26,067 nt of DNA from a virus. Lineage: Duplodnaviria; Caudoviricetes. Positions 1-8,724 of this stretch are shown one piece after another. The notes under the pieces were generated by a model. That model had not been told where the DNA came from. It ran no database searches and saw only the letters and a list, made by a program, of their open reading frames with translations. The translations under genes were made by a program, and so were the position numbers. The first letter of the stretch is position 1; every line of letters starts with the position of its first letter. Location: positions 1 to 26,067 of IMG/VR virus record IMGVR_UViG_3300044448_005507; one strand, written 5' to 3'.

Positions 1-288
1 GAGAAACCCAAATGGGGTCTGGACTTCTCTATTGACTATTGTGACCGAGAGGGCAACGTGTTTGAACTGCTCCACTGGGAATACGATGGTTTCGAACATG
101 ATGAAGTTGCCGACAAGAAAGAAAAAATGGAGAAATTTCTCAAAAAGCAGGATTGGTCAGACCGTGCTAAAACAATGCTGGAACGTAAAAGTGAGTGGCA
201 CGATTTGGATTTTTTCGCACAAAGCGAATGGAAAACACGGTTTTTTGGCATAGAAAAAGAACGTTTCAAAGTGGTGCTGTGGAAATAA
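1..288 (+). CDS. Hypothetical phage protein, 5'-truncated by the window edge
   Basis: Frame 1 is open from base 1 (EKPKWGLDFSIDYCDREGNVFELLHWEYD...) to TAA at 286-288, so the listed GTG start at 58 is probably internal. Confidence 0.65.
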   Translation, partial: EKPKWGLDFSIDYCDREGNVFELLHWEYDGFEHDEVADKKEKMEKFLKKQDWSDRAKTMLERKSEWHDLDFFAQSEWKTRFFGIEKERFKVVLWK

Positions 289-291
289 ATA
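285..291 (+). promoter_or_regulatory. Putative late-type promoter element ATAAATA
   Basis: TAAATA 286-291 lies 6 nt before ATG 298 with no SD. It resembles the T4 late -10 box TATAAATA, and the same geometry recurs at 4928, 16241 and 23251. Confidence 0.5.
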
Positions 292-297
292 CTGAAA

Positions 298-1098
298 ATG
301 ACAGGAATTCCTTACAACTACGGCAAATACGTTGATGACACAGTTAGACTGCGTGATCAAGGGCACGTGGACGCAGGAAAACAAGTGCAATCACCAGCAA
401 GTGCGGGCAGTAGAGGATTAAATAAAACTGTACAATTTACAAAAGATCCAACACAAATGAAGATGGGAGAATCGATCACTATGGAAGACATGAAATCTTT
501 AATAAGCAGAATAGATGGGTTGAACGTCCCAACTAACGAAGCACCAGAAAACACCGATATAGATATTAGACAATTATTACTAGACATCTCTGCCATGAAA
601 GACAGGATATCAGAACTGGCTATGGATGATGGAACAAAAACATCGGCCTTAACAGCACTTGGACAGGTTGCAGATGACATAGCACAGGAAATAAAAGGAC
701 CATTCCCAGAAGAAGAATCATACGAACCGTTCCCAGAAGAGGACGAAATGACTTTTGAAGACGATGATGCGTTCTACGAAGCGTTTGGAGAACTGGGTTT
801 CCCAGAAGACGAGACAGAATTATTTGACGCAGAATACAGAGGACGTAAAGTTCCACTTAACAAACCAATGAGAGGTGATGTTAAGAAATTTAAAGTGTAC
901 GTTAAGGATCCAAAATCCGGAAACGTGAAGAAAGTAAACTTCGGACACGGTGGAAGTTCAGCAAGAAAAGCCGGACAGAAGACAATGAAAATTAGAAAGT
1001 CTAATCCTAAAGCAAGAAAAAGTTTTAGGGCAAGACATAACTGTGCAAATCCAGGACCAAAAACAAAAGCAAGATACTGGAGTTGTAGGAAATGGTAA
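298..1098 (+). CDS. Putative virion internal protein with an acidic middle region and a basic C-terminal DUF6321-like domain
   Basis: The C-terminus (KKFKVYVKDP..GNVKKVNFG...ARKSFRARHNC..PGPKTKARYWSCRKW) is a basic domain typical of aquatic T4-like phages. It is preceded by a very acidic segment. Confidence 0.6.
   Translation: MTGIPYNYGKYVDDTVRLRDQGHVDAGKQVQSPASAGSRGLNKTVQFTKDPTQMKMGESITMEDMKSLISRIDGLNVPTNEAPENTDIDIRQLLLDISAMKDRISELAMDDGTKTSALTALGQVADDIAQEIKGPFPEEESYEPFPEEDEMTFEDDDAFYEAFGELGFPEDETELFDAEYRGRKVPLNKPMRGDVKKFKVYVKDPKSGNVKKVNFGHGGSSARKAGQKTMKIRKSNPKARKSFRARHNCANPGPKTKARYWSCRKW
703..809 (+). repeat. Three copies of TTCCCAGAAGA (FPE[E/D] peptide repeat) in the acidic linker
   Basis: Identical 11-mers at 703-713, 730-740 and 799-809. 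Confidence 0.7.
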
Positions 1099-1277
1099 AA
1101 ATAAAAGAAGTTGAAGGCATCACAGAAGCAGAATTTGAGAAACTAGCAGAAAAGAAAGATGCCTGCTATCACAAAGTAAAATCAAGATACAAAGTTTGGC
1201 CTTCGGCTTACGCCTCTGGTGCTCTAGTGCAGTGTCGTAAAAAGGGTGCGGCCAACTGGGGTAACAAGAGCAAATGA
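1092..1277 (+). CDS. Small basic phage protein (DUF5872-like 'WPSAYASG' motif)
   Basis: KKDACYHKVKSRYKVWPSAYASGALVQCRKKG. The start overlaps the upstream stop and there is an ATGA overlap with the next gene. Confidence 0.6.
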   Translation: MVKIKEVEGITEAEFEKLAEKKDACYHKVKSRYKVWPSAYASGALVQCRKKGAANWGNKSK

Positions 1278-1678
1278 GAATCACAGACATTATAACAGAA
1301 AAGTGTTGGAAAGGCTACGAGAAGAAGGGCATGAAGACCATGTTCGGAAAACGTGTGCCTAATTGTGTAAAAAAAGAAGATGTTCAAGTAGGCAAAGACG
1401 GCAATTTAATTTTTGCAGAAGGTTTAAACGAGAATCTTAAAAAATGGTTCAAGGACAAATGGGTAAGAGTTGGACCAAAAGGAAAAATCAGAGGTGCGTG
1501 TGGTGGTAAATCAAAAGGCGAAGGTAAACCAAAATGTTTACCTCTGGCTAAAGCAAGGGGCATGGGTAAAAAAGGCAGAGCATCCGCGGCACAAAGAAAA
1601 AGAAGAAAAGATCCAAATCCAGATAGACGTGGTAAAGCAATCAACGTTGCCACAAAAAAGAAAAAAGCCAAAAAATAA
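1274..1678 (+). CDS. Basic, Cys-containing phage protein (putative head internal protein)
   Basis: Modules CWKGY...RVPNCVK and LKKWFKDKWV...CG...KPKCLP, with a very Lys/Arg-rich tail. Confidence 0.6.
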   Translation: MRITDIITEKCWKGYEKKGMKTMFGKRVPNCVKKEDVQVGKDGNLIFAEGLNENLKKWFKDKWVRVGPKGKIRGACGGKSKGEGKPKCLPLAKARGMGKKGRASAAQRKRRKDPNPDRRGKAINVATKKKKAKK

Positions 1679-1679
1679 T

Positions 1680-1708
1680 TTGCATTGATTGAAAATATGT
1701 TATATACT
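1680..1708 (+). promoter_or_regulatory. Sigma70-type promoter
   Basis: TTGCAT (1680-1685), 17 bp spacer, TATACT (1703-1708). SD AGGAG at 1721-1725 precedes ATG 1732. Confidence 0.65.
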
Positions 1709-1731
1709 GTTGACAACAACAGGAGAAACAA

Positions 1732-1989
1732 ATGGCAGTAAGAAACTTCAATGACGCAGAAAAACAAAAACTAATCCAAATTATATCTCAAGGTTCACAA
1801 GTACTAGGTGAGGTTGAAGATCTAAGAGCAGGATTAAAAGACACAGTTAAAGCAATAGCAGAAGAACTAGAATTAAAACCAGCACTCATCAACAAAGCAA
1901 TTTCAGTTGCACACAAAGGCAACTACCAGAACATCGCTGACGAGATGGACACACTAGAAAGCATACTAAACACAGCCGGCAAACTTTAA
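1732..1989 (+). CDS. T4 DsbA-like double-stranded DNA-binding protein
   Basis: 85 aa, helical. The pattern LKDTVKAIAEELELKPALINKAISVAHK resembles the T4 DsbA/GapR-like family. Strong SD. Confidence 0.6.
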   Translation: MAVRNFNDAEKQKLIQIISQGSQVLGEVEDLRAGLKDTVKAIAEELELKPALINKAISVAHKGNYQNIADEMDTLESILNTAGKL

Positions 1990-2270
1990 TGTTGAAATTA
2001 CTCAAAGAATTTTGGGTAAACAGTTATAACACAGATAAAATTGCATTTTGGTTTGAACTTATTTCAGTATCATTAACAATATTAGGATCTTGTGTATTGA
2101 CATTTACCTCTCCAAATCCTATAATGACAGTAGTGTTTCCAATATATTGGATAGGATCAAGCACTCTATTGGTAGCATCAATAAGACGTAGACAAATTTG
2201 GTTGTGTACACTTACAAGTTGGTTTACAATAATGAACACAATAGGATTATATAAAGTATTCATAGCATGA
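1989..2270 (+). CDS. Small membrane protein with about 3 transmembrane helices
   Basis: Three hydrophobic segments. TAATG and ATGA overlaps with both neighbours. Confidence 0.6.
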   Translation: MLKLLKEFWVNSYNTDKIAFWFELISVSLTILGSCVLTFTSPNPIMTVVFPIYWIGSSTLLVASIRRRQIWLCTLTSWFTIMNTIGLYKVFIA

Positions 2271-4930
2271 GTTACATAGACGCACTATACAAGAAAGACG
2301 AAGATAGAATATATGTAGTAGAACGTGATCCTAAAAAAGGCCGTGTGTTTGTCGAGTATGATGCAAGGTATGTTTTTTACTATCCGGACGCTAGAGGAAA
2401 ACACAGATCCATGACTGGTGAACCTTTACAGAAGGTCACGTGTAGCACACATAAAGAATTCATTAAGGAGCAGAGGATAAGGTCCAACAAGGCTCTTTAT
2501 GAACAAGATATCAATCCAGTATTCCGTTGTTTGGAGGAGAATTATCTCGGTAAGGAAACTCCAAAACTAAACGTAATGTTCTTTGATATCGAGGTGGACT
2601 TCGATCCAGATCGAGGTTATTCCACAACCGATGATCCGTTTATGCCCATTACTGCCATAAGTTGTTATATGGGTTGGACGGATCAACTGGTTACACTTGC
2701 AGTGCCACCAAAAACAATCAGTATGCAAGATGCAAAAGTATTGACAGAACGTTTTCCCAACACAATGTTGTTTGAAAAAGAAAAAGACATGCTTGACGCT
2801 TTCCTACAACTTGTGGAAGATGCGGACATACTGTCAGGTTGGAACAGTGAGGGATATGATATTCCGTACACTGTGGGAAGAATACAGAAAGTATTGAGCG
2901 GTGATGATACAAGACGTTTGTGTTTTTGGGGAGAAAAACCAAAGAGAAGAGTTTTTGAAAAGTACGGCAGAGAACAGTTGAGTTTTGATCTTGTTGGAAG
3001 AGTTCATTTGGACTTACTTGAACTATATAGGAAATACACATATGAAGAAAGACATAGTTTTAGGCTAGATGCTATAGGTGAACACGAACTGGGCGAAAAG
3101 AAAACTGTGTATGAAGGTTCTTTGGATCACTTGTACAAAAATGATTTTGGTTTGTTTGTAGAATATAACAGACAAGACTGTGCATTATTGGCCAAACTTG
3201 AAAAGAAATTAAAATTTATAGAACTTGCCAATGAGATTGCACACCAAAATACTGTGTTGCTACAAACAACAATGGGTGCAGTTGCAGTTACAGAACAAGC
3301 AATCGTAAACGAAACACACAGGCGTGGTATGATTGTGCCTGGCAGAAAATACAAAAAAGAGGGAGAAGAGAATCAACCGGCGGCAGGTGCATATGTGGCA
3401 ACACCACAAAAAGGAATACACGACTGGATTGGTTCTATTGACATCAACTCGCTTTATCCTAGTGTTATTAGAGCACTGAACATGGGACCAGAGACAATCG
3501 TAGGACAGATAAGACCTGTAATAACTTCCGCAGAGATCAACAGAGCCAAACATGCCAAAAAATCATTTGCAATGGCTTGGGAAGGACAGTTTGGAAGTTG
3601 GGAGTACCAAGCAGTGATGAATCAAGAGAAAGGCACAGAGATAATTGTTGACTGGGAAGATAAGACCAGTGTGAGAATGAGTGCGGCACAACTGTATGAG
3701 ATAATATTTGACGGCAATAACAAATGGATGTTAAGTGCCAATGGTACAATATTCACGTATGAGTACGAAGCGATCATTCCAGGATTGTTGAAACGTTGGT
3801 ACGCAGAGAGACAAGATATGCAGAAAAAAATGCGTGACTGTGGGGATAACGAAATAGAAAAAGAGTATTGGGACAAAAGACAACTGGTCAAGAAAATTAA
3901 TCTAAACAGTTTGTATGGAGCAATTTTGAATCCTGGGTGTAGGTTCTTTGATATAAGGATTGGACAGTCAGTTACATTGACTGGTAGATGTATCACAAAA
4001 CACATGGGAGCAAAAGTAAATGAGATTGTTGCAGGAAAATATAATCACACAGGTGAAAGTGTTGTGTATGGAGATACAGATTCTGTGTATTTTTCAGCAC
4101 ATAAAACATTAAAAAAAGAGATACAAGACGGCACCATACCATGGAGTAAAGAATCTGTAATTGGTTTATATGACAAGATTGCAGAAGAAGTGAACGGATC
4201 ATTCAAAACATTTATGACCAAAGCATTCCATTGTCCATCAACAAGAGGTGATGTAATCAAAGCAGGTAGAGAACTTGTTGCGTCTAAAGGATTGTTTATA
4301 ACAAAGAAGAGATATGCTGTATTGTATTATGACAAAGAAGGTGATAGAACGGACGTTGAAGGCAAAGAAGGCAAGATGAAAGCAATGGGACTAGATTTAA
4401 AAAGATCAGACACACCTGTGTTTGTGCAAGATTTCTTAAGTGAGATATTATACATGGTTCTAACAGGAAAGGAAGAAAAAGTTGTGCTTGAAAGAATAAG
4501 TGAGTTCAGAGCAGAGTTCAAATCAAGACCAGGCTGGGAAAAAGGATCTCCAAAAAGAGCAAACAACATGACCAAGTATACTGAGGCCGAGGAGGCTAAA
4601 GGTAGAGCAAATATGCCAGGACACGTGAGAGCAAGTATGAACTGGAACAAGTGCAGAGAAATGTATGGTGACAAGTATTCAATGCCAATCACAGACGGTG
4701 CAAAAGTTATTGTGTGTAAACTTAAAAATAATCCATTAAACTATACCAGCATAGCATATCCTGTTGACGAGATGCGTATACCGGAATGGTTTAAGGAACT
4801 GCCATTTGATGCAGATGCAATGGAGGCAACGATACTAGATCAAAAAATAGATAACTTAATCGGGGTTCTGGGTTGGGACGTACAAAGTACTGAAACCAGT
4901 AATACATTTAACAAATTATTTGAATTCTAA
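2267..4930 (+). CDS. polB: Family B DNA polymerase (T4 gp43-like) with 3'-5' exonuclease
   Basis: ExoI FFDIE, ExoII WNSEGYD, ExoIII YNRQD. Polymerase motifs SIDINSLYPS, KKINLNSLYG, YGDTDS and KKRY. C-terminal clamp-binding-like tail NTFNKLFEF. Confidence 0.97.
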   Translation: MSYIDALYKKDEDRIYVVERDPKKGRVFVEYDARYVFYYPDARGKHRSMTGEPLQKVTCSTHKEFIKEQRIRSNKALYEQDINPVFRCLEENYLGKETPKLNVMFFDIEVDFDPDRGYSTTDDPFMPITAISCYMGWTDQLVTLAVPPKTISMQDAKVLTERFPNTMLFEKEKDMLDAFLQLVEDADILSGWNSEGYDIPYTVGRIQKVLSGDDTRRLCFWGEKPKRRVFEKYGREQLSFDLVGRVHLDLLELYRKYTYEERHSFRLDAIGEHELGEKKTVYEGSLDHLYKNDFGLFVEYNRQDCALLAKLEKKLKFIELANEIAHQNTVLLQTTMGAVAVTEQAIVNETHRRGMIVPGRKYKKEGEENQPAAGAYVATPQKGIHDWIGSIDINSLYPSVIRALNMGPETIVGQIRPVITSAEINRAKHAKKSFAMAWEGQFGSWEYQAVMNQEKGTEIIVDWEDKTSVRMSAAQLYEIIFDGNNKWMLSANGTIFTYEYEAIIPGLLKRWYAERQDMQKKMRDCGDNEIEKEYWDKRQLVKKINLNSLYGAILNPGCRFFDIRIGQSVTLTGRCITKHMGAKVNEIVAGKYNHTGESVVYGDTDSVYFSAHKTLKKEIQDGTIPWSKESVIGLYDKIAEEVNGSFKTFMTKAFHCPSTRGDVIKAGRELVASKGLFITKKRYAVLYYDKEGDRTDVEGKEGKMKAMGLDLKRSDTPVFVQDFLSEILYMVLTGKEEKVVLERISEFRAEFKSRPGWEKGSPKRANNMTKYTEAEEAKGRANMPGHVRASMNWNKCREMYGDKYSMPITDGAKVIVCKLKNNPLNYTSIAYPVDEMRIPEWFKELPFDADAMEATILDQKIDNLIGVLGWDVQSTETSNTFNKLFEF

Positions 4931-4933
4931 ATA
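4926..4933 (+). promoter_or_regulatory. TCTAAATA putative late-type promoter element overlapping the polB stop
   Basis: TAAATA 4928-4933 lies 5 nt before ATG 4939, with no SD. Confidence 0.45.
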
Positions 4934-4938
4934 ACATT

Positions 4939-5736
4939 ATGTTAAGCATAGAAGAAATAAAACTTTTAAAAGAAAAACTACAAAAATTAAAAGGCACAGA
5001 CTGGGAAAAATTTTTAAACGAACAAATCCTTTTGTTAGCGGCACTGGAAATGGCTACAGATGCACTTAACGTTGACCAGATTGATCGATTAGATAAGACA
5101 ATCGATTGGTACAGAAAAGATCTCGACATTAAAAAACAAACACCAATTGTAGATCACGGGTTATACAAAATGATACAAACTAAGATTTTTCAATTTTCAA
5201 GAACACACCTATACAACAGTTTAGAAATAGGACCTGGTAATGGAATGTTTTCCAAGGAGTTTAGAACCTGGAAGACAAACTTTTTCTTGGATGTTCTTGC
5301 AGAAATAGAAAGTAAAGTAAGAAGACGCTTTCCCCCATTGCACCAAAAATATCTTAGATTTTATACAACCAACAAAGCATCATGTGACATGATTCCAAAA
5401 GAATCTTGCAACTTTGTGTTTAGTTGGGACACTTTTGTATTCTTTACACAAAATCATATACGGGATTATCTTAAAAGTATTAAGGAAGTGCTAATACCAG
5501 GCGGTTATGTTTTTATACAGTATGCTGATTGCCATTATGATCATGATCTTAAAGAGGCAAAACGTGGTTATTGGAACTACAATACAAAATATACCATGAC
5601 TGAGATGATCAAAGATGAAGGTTACGAGATAGTGGAAATGAATATGTTCCGTCCCGGTGCCAACTACGCCATATTCCGTAAGCCTGGTAAACAAAATCCG
5701 GTTGTGTATAAAATTTCTGAAATAACTATAGACTAA
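4939..5736 (+). CDS. Class I SAM-dependent methyltransferase, substrate unknown
   Basis: Motif I LEIGPGNG, acidic residue after strand 2 (FLD), motif NFVFSWDTF and the LIPGG motif. Confidence 0.8.
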   Translation: MLSIEEIKLLKEKLQKLKGTDWEKFLNEQILLLAALEMATDALNVDQIDRLDKTIDWYRKDLDIKKQTPIVDHGLYKMIQTKIFQFSRTHLYNSLEIGPGNGMFSKEFRTWKTNFFLDVLAEIESKVRRRFPPLHQKYLRFYTTNKASCDMIPKESCNFVFSWDTFVFFTQNHIRDYLKSIKEVLIPGGYVFIQYADCHYDHDLKEAKRGYWNYNTKYTMTEMIKDEGYEIVEMNMFRPGANYAIFRKPGKQNPVVYKISEITID

Positions 5737-5757
5737 AATCTAAATATCATATACAAT
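5729..5757 (+). promoter_or_regulatory. Sigma70-type promoter with TCTAAATA nested in the spacer
   Basis: TAGACT (5729-5734), 17 bp, TACAAT (5752-5757). TCTAAATA at 5739-5746. ATG 5767 lies 9 nt after the -10 box. Confidence 0.6.
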
Positions 5758-5766
5758 TAAGGTATT

Positions 5767-6504
5767 ATGATAGACATCTTAAAAGACATCGTTAAACACA
5801 CGCATGGATTGGGATTTTTGGATCTCGTTAAAATTACTGGTGATGACAAGGAAACTAACATCGACAGCATGGCAGAAGACAGATCAGTGATCCTGCAAGG
5901 GTCTTTTCACAAACCACAAGCGGAAATGAATGGTACTTTCGGTATGCCACAGATGGGTAAGTTAGACATCCACCTGAAGTGTCCGGAGTACAAAGAAAAA
6001 GCGAAGATATCTGTGTTGTCCGGCGAGAGAAACGGAGCAACAGTTCCAACAGGAATCCATTTCGAGAATGAAAAGGGTGACTTCAAGAACGATTACAGAT
6101 TTATGAACGCAGAGATAATCAACGAGAAACTTAAAACCGTGAAGTTCAAGGGTGTTAAGTGGGACGTTGAGATCGAACCAACAGTGGCAAGTGTGCAAAG
6201 ATTCAACTTCCAGGCCACAGCAAACACAGAACACAATTCATTCGTCGTGAGGACGGAAGATGGAAATCTGATATTCACTTTCGGTGACCAAGCGTCACAT
6301 GGCGGTGAGTTCGTTTTCGCAACTAACATTAAGGGCACACTTAATAAAGGTTGGAGTTGGCCAGTGGGGCAGGTGTTACAGATTCTTAAACTATCAGATT
6401 CAGCGAAGGTCACTTTACACTTCTCTAACGAGGGTGCAATGATGGTCACAGTTGATTCTGGATTGGGTGAGTATCAATACATTATACCAGCACAGGCGCA
6501 GTAA
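5767..6504 (+). CDS. DNA polymerase sliding clamp (PCNA/gp45-like fold)
   Basis: 245 aa, near polB. The N-terminal ILKDIV...IDSMAEDRSVILQG...FGM...LKC and the C-terminal VTLHFSNEGAMMVTVDSGLGEYQYIIPA parallel PCNA-type patterns. Codon usage (many C-ending codons) suggests high expression. Confidence 0.65.
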   Translation: MIDILKDIVKHTHGLGFLDLVKITGDDKETNIDSMAEDRSVILQGSFHKPQAEMNGTFGMPQMGKLDIHLKCPEYKEKAKISVLSGERNGATVPTGIHFENEKGDFKNDYRFMNAEIINEKLKTVKFKGVKWDVEIEPTVASVQRFNFQATANTEHNSFVVRTEDGNLIFTFGDQASHGGEFVFATNIKGTLNKGWSWPVGQVLQILKLSDSAKVTLHFSNEGAMMVTVDSGLGEYQYIIPAQAQ

Positions 6505-7949
6505 TGACGGACAAAAAGCAACAAGAACACTTAGGAGAATTCAATAGAAACTTCGCAGTGTTCTTGCCTGCAATATCAAACTTCTTCCAAACATTTGTAA
6601 CCAAACAAAGACTCACTGAAGGAAAACACATACCTGCAGAGAGAATTCCCAAAGGACTTGACAGAGGTGTCGAAGGACTTAATTTTATAAATCCAGACGA
6701 AGGCTATTTCACTTATAACACAGCATTGTATTCGGCAGGACACGCCTGTTTAGATATGGACAAAGTTGCGGACAGAGATAACATGATTGTCAATCGTGAT
6801 AGAAAATTTAGCACAATAGTAGGAGATTCTGGAGGATATCAGATAGCAAAGGGTGTAATAAAATTTGATTGGAAAGATTTTGAGGGTAATAAAGCAAACG
6901 CAGTAAGAAGCAATATCTTAAATTGGTTAGAATTAACAAGTGACTGGGCAATGACACTAGACGTTCCAACGTGGGCGGCTGACGAGTTGAATAGTGGCAA
7001 ATCAGGACTAAACTCATTTCAAGACTGCTTAGACGCAAGTAAATTTAACAATGATTATTTTATAAAAAACCGTCTGGGACAAACAAAATTTTTAAATGTA
7101 TTACAAGGTGACGATTGGGAAACTGCAAGTATTTGGTATGACCAAATGAAAGATTACGAATTTGAAGGCTGGGCAATGGGTGGTATCAATATGTGTGATA
7201 TGGAAATATTACTGAAAAGACTAATTGTCATGCGTGATGAGAAAAAATTAGATGGCAAAGATTGGATGCACGTACTAGGAACGTCACAACTTGATTGGGC
7301 CTGCTTCTTGACACAAATACAAAGACAGGTTAGAAAACACGTGAACGAGAATTTTACAATAAGTTTTGATAGTGCATCTGCTTTTTTATCAACTGCAAAC
7401 GGACTTGTCTATACAGAAAACACATTCACACCTAGCAGGTACTCTTTTATAATGGACAAGGCTCCAGATGACAAGAGATTGAAAGGTTCAAACATACCAT
7501 TTCCTTTCCATAGTGCTATTGGGGACAGGTTAACAATGGGAGATGTTTGTTGGTATGGCGAAGGCGACCTAAATAAAAACAACAAAGAAGGCAAGACTAG
7601 TTGGGACAGTTTCAGTTATTGTTTAATGATGGCACACAACGTATACAATCAAATCAAAGCAGTACAAGTAGCGAATGATTTAAATGACATAGAAAGTGTT
7701 GTACACAAACCACAAGTAGAACACTGGAGAAAAACAAAAGGCTCTGATACTAGTGACGAAATGAGTAACTTTGTACCAAAGAATATATTATATTTCAATG
7801 ATTTGGTAAAAAAGGTGTTCGAGTCTGAAAAACCAATGGACGTAATACATGGTGCAAAAAGTTTTCTAGCAGACATACGAGGTACAAGATGGGCAAGACA
7901 CACAGGTGGCGGCAAGGGTAAAAACAACTTCTCAAGTCTATTTGAATAG
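6504..7949 (+). CDS. dpdA: TGT-fold guanine transglycosylase, DpdA-like (7-deazaguanine insertion into DNA)
   Basis: TGT active-site motifs in order: GDSGGYQ, MTLD, VLQG, GWAMGG, HVLG, SFDS (nucleophile Asp position) and AHN. No CxCxxC zinc site. FolE, QueE, a QueD paralog and YhhQ lie nearby. Confidence 0.8.
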   Translation: MTDKKQQEHLGEFNRNFAVFLPAISNFFQTFVTKQRLTEGKHIPAERIPKGLDRGVEGLNFINPDEGYFTYNTALYSAGHACLDMDKVADRDNMIVNRDRKFSTIVGDSGGYQIAKGVIKFDWKDFEGNKANAVRSNILNWLELTSDWAMTLDVPTWAADELNSGKSGLNSFQDCLDASKFNNDYFIKNRLGQTKFLNVLQGDDWETASIWYDQMKDYEFEGWAMGGINMCDMEILLKRLIVMRDEKKLDGKDWMHVLGTSQLDWACFLTQIQRQVRKHVNENFTISFDSASAFLSTANGLVYTENTFTPSRYSFIMDKAPDDKRLKGSNIPFPFHSAIGDRLTMGDVCWYGEGDLNKNNKEGKTSWDSFSYCLMMAHNVYNQIKAVQVANDLNDIESVVHKPQVEHWRKTKGSDTSDEMSNFVPKNILYFNDLVKKVFESEKPMDVIHGAKSFLADIRGTRWARHTGGGKGKNNFSSLFE

Positions 7950-7958
7950 GAGGTTAAA

Positions 7959-8153
7959 ATGGCTGGTAAAGACAAAAAACTAAAAAAACTCAAAGATCAT
8001 CACGCATATCTAAGTAAAAAGGTAGCAGAACTTACCGAGGATAGAAAAAAAGACAGAAGTGATGAAAGCAAGACTATATTGATGCGTTTGAAAAAAACCA
8101 AATTAGCAATGAAGGACGCAATCGCAAGAACCAAAGCCAAGTTGACAAAATAA
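7959..8153 (+). CDS. DUF465/YdcH-like small coiled-coil protein
   Basis: LKDHHAYLSKKV...RLKKTKLAMKDAI pattern. SD AGGAGG upstream. Confidence 0.6.
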   Translation: MAGKDKKLKKLKDHHAYLSKKVAELTEDRKKDRSDESKTILMRLKKTKLAMKDAIARTKAKLTK

Positions 8154-8170
8154 CATAGTCAAGTTATAAT
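8142..8170 (+). promoter_or_regulatory. Perfect-consensus sigma70 promoter, probably giving a leaderless transcript
   Basis: TTGACA (8142-8147), 17 bp, TATAAT (8165-8170). ATG 8176 follows 5 nt later. Confidence 0.8.
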
Positions 8171-8175
8171 AAAGC

Positions 8176-8724
8176 ATGGATAGAGATTACAAAACAGGCA
8201 AGAGTGACAGTGTAGGTATATTTTCAGGTATTGAAATAGAACACACTCCAGCATATGGTAAACAAACACTTTTCTTGGCACGTAATGATCTACGTTTTGA
8301 TGAAATCGTTGAAATAGCAGAAAAGGTAAATGCAGAAGCAATATACTTTGGTGCGAACAGAACATTCATGCATAATATTGCAAACACATCACAACTCATT
8401 AAAAAATTAATGGACAAAGGTTATTGGTGTACGATAGACTATCAATACAGTGTACACACAGCAGTCAAAGAAAACTTCAAAGATATATGGAACGAAGAAA
8501 AGTTTATTCCTTTTTGTTCTGTGATATTTCCAAATTCAGAAGAGGACGATAACTTATGCATCAAAGTTGATGATGTTGATTTCAACAAGACCAATCCGGG
8601 TGTATGGACAATGACAATGGATCACTTCAAACAATCAGCAGGTTTTACATCATGGGATGAATACAAACAAGATGAACCAATAGAAAACAACTATGCCAAA
8701 AAAGAAAACAAACAAGCAGTATAA
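8176..8724 (+). CDS. Hypothetical protein in the deazaguanine cluster, possibly a degenerate QueE-like partial barrel
   Basis: 182-aa ORF with its own promoter. The segments IFSGIEIEHTPAYGKQTLFL, IYFGAN and LIKKLMDKGYWCTID loosely echo QueE, but there is no CxxxCxxC. Confidence 0.6.
   Translation: MDRDYKTGKSDSVGIFSGIEIEHTPAYGKQTLFLARNDLRFDEIVEIAEKVNAEAIYFGANRTFMHNIANTSQLIKKLMDKGYWCTIDYQYSVHTAVKENFKDIWNEEKFIPFCSVIFPNSEEDDNLCIKVDDVDFNKTNPGVWTMTMDHFKQSAGFTSWDEYKQDEPIENNYAKKENKQAV

Noticed and set aside
2267-4930. Intein, intron or split in the DNA polymerase
   Set aside because: The ORF is continuous, of normal length, with all motifs in order. The insert after motif A has no intein or homing-endonuclease signature.
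6504-7949. Calling this a canonical tRNA-guanine transglycosylase (tgt)
   Set aside because: It lacks the CxCxxC zinc site, is highly divergent, and is coupled to DNA replication genes. A DNA-acting DpdA-like role fits better, although the substrate is unproven.
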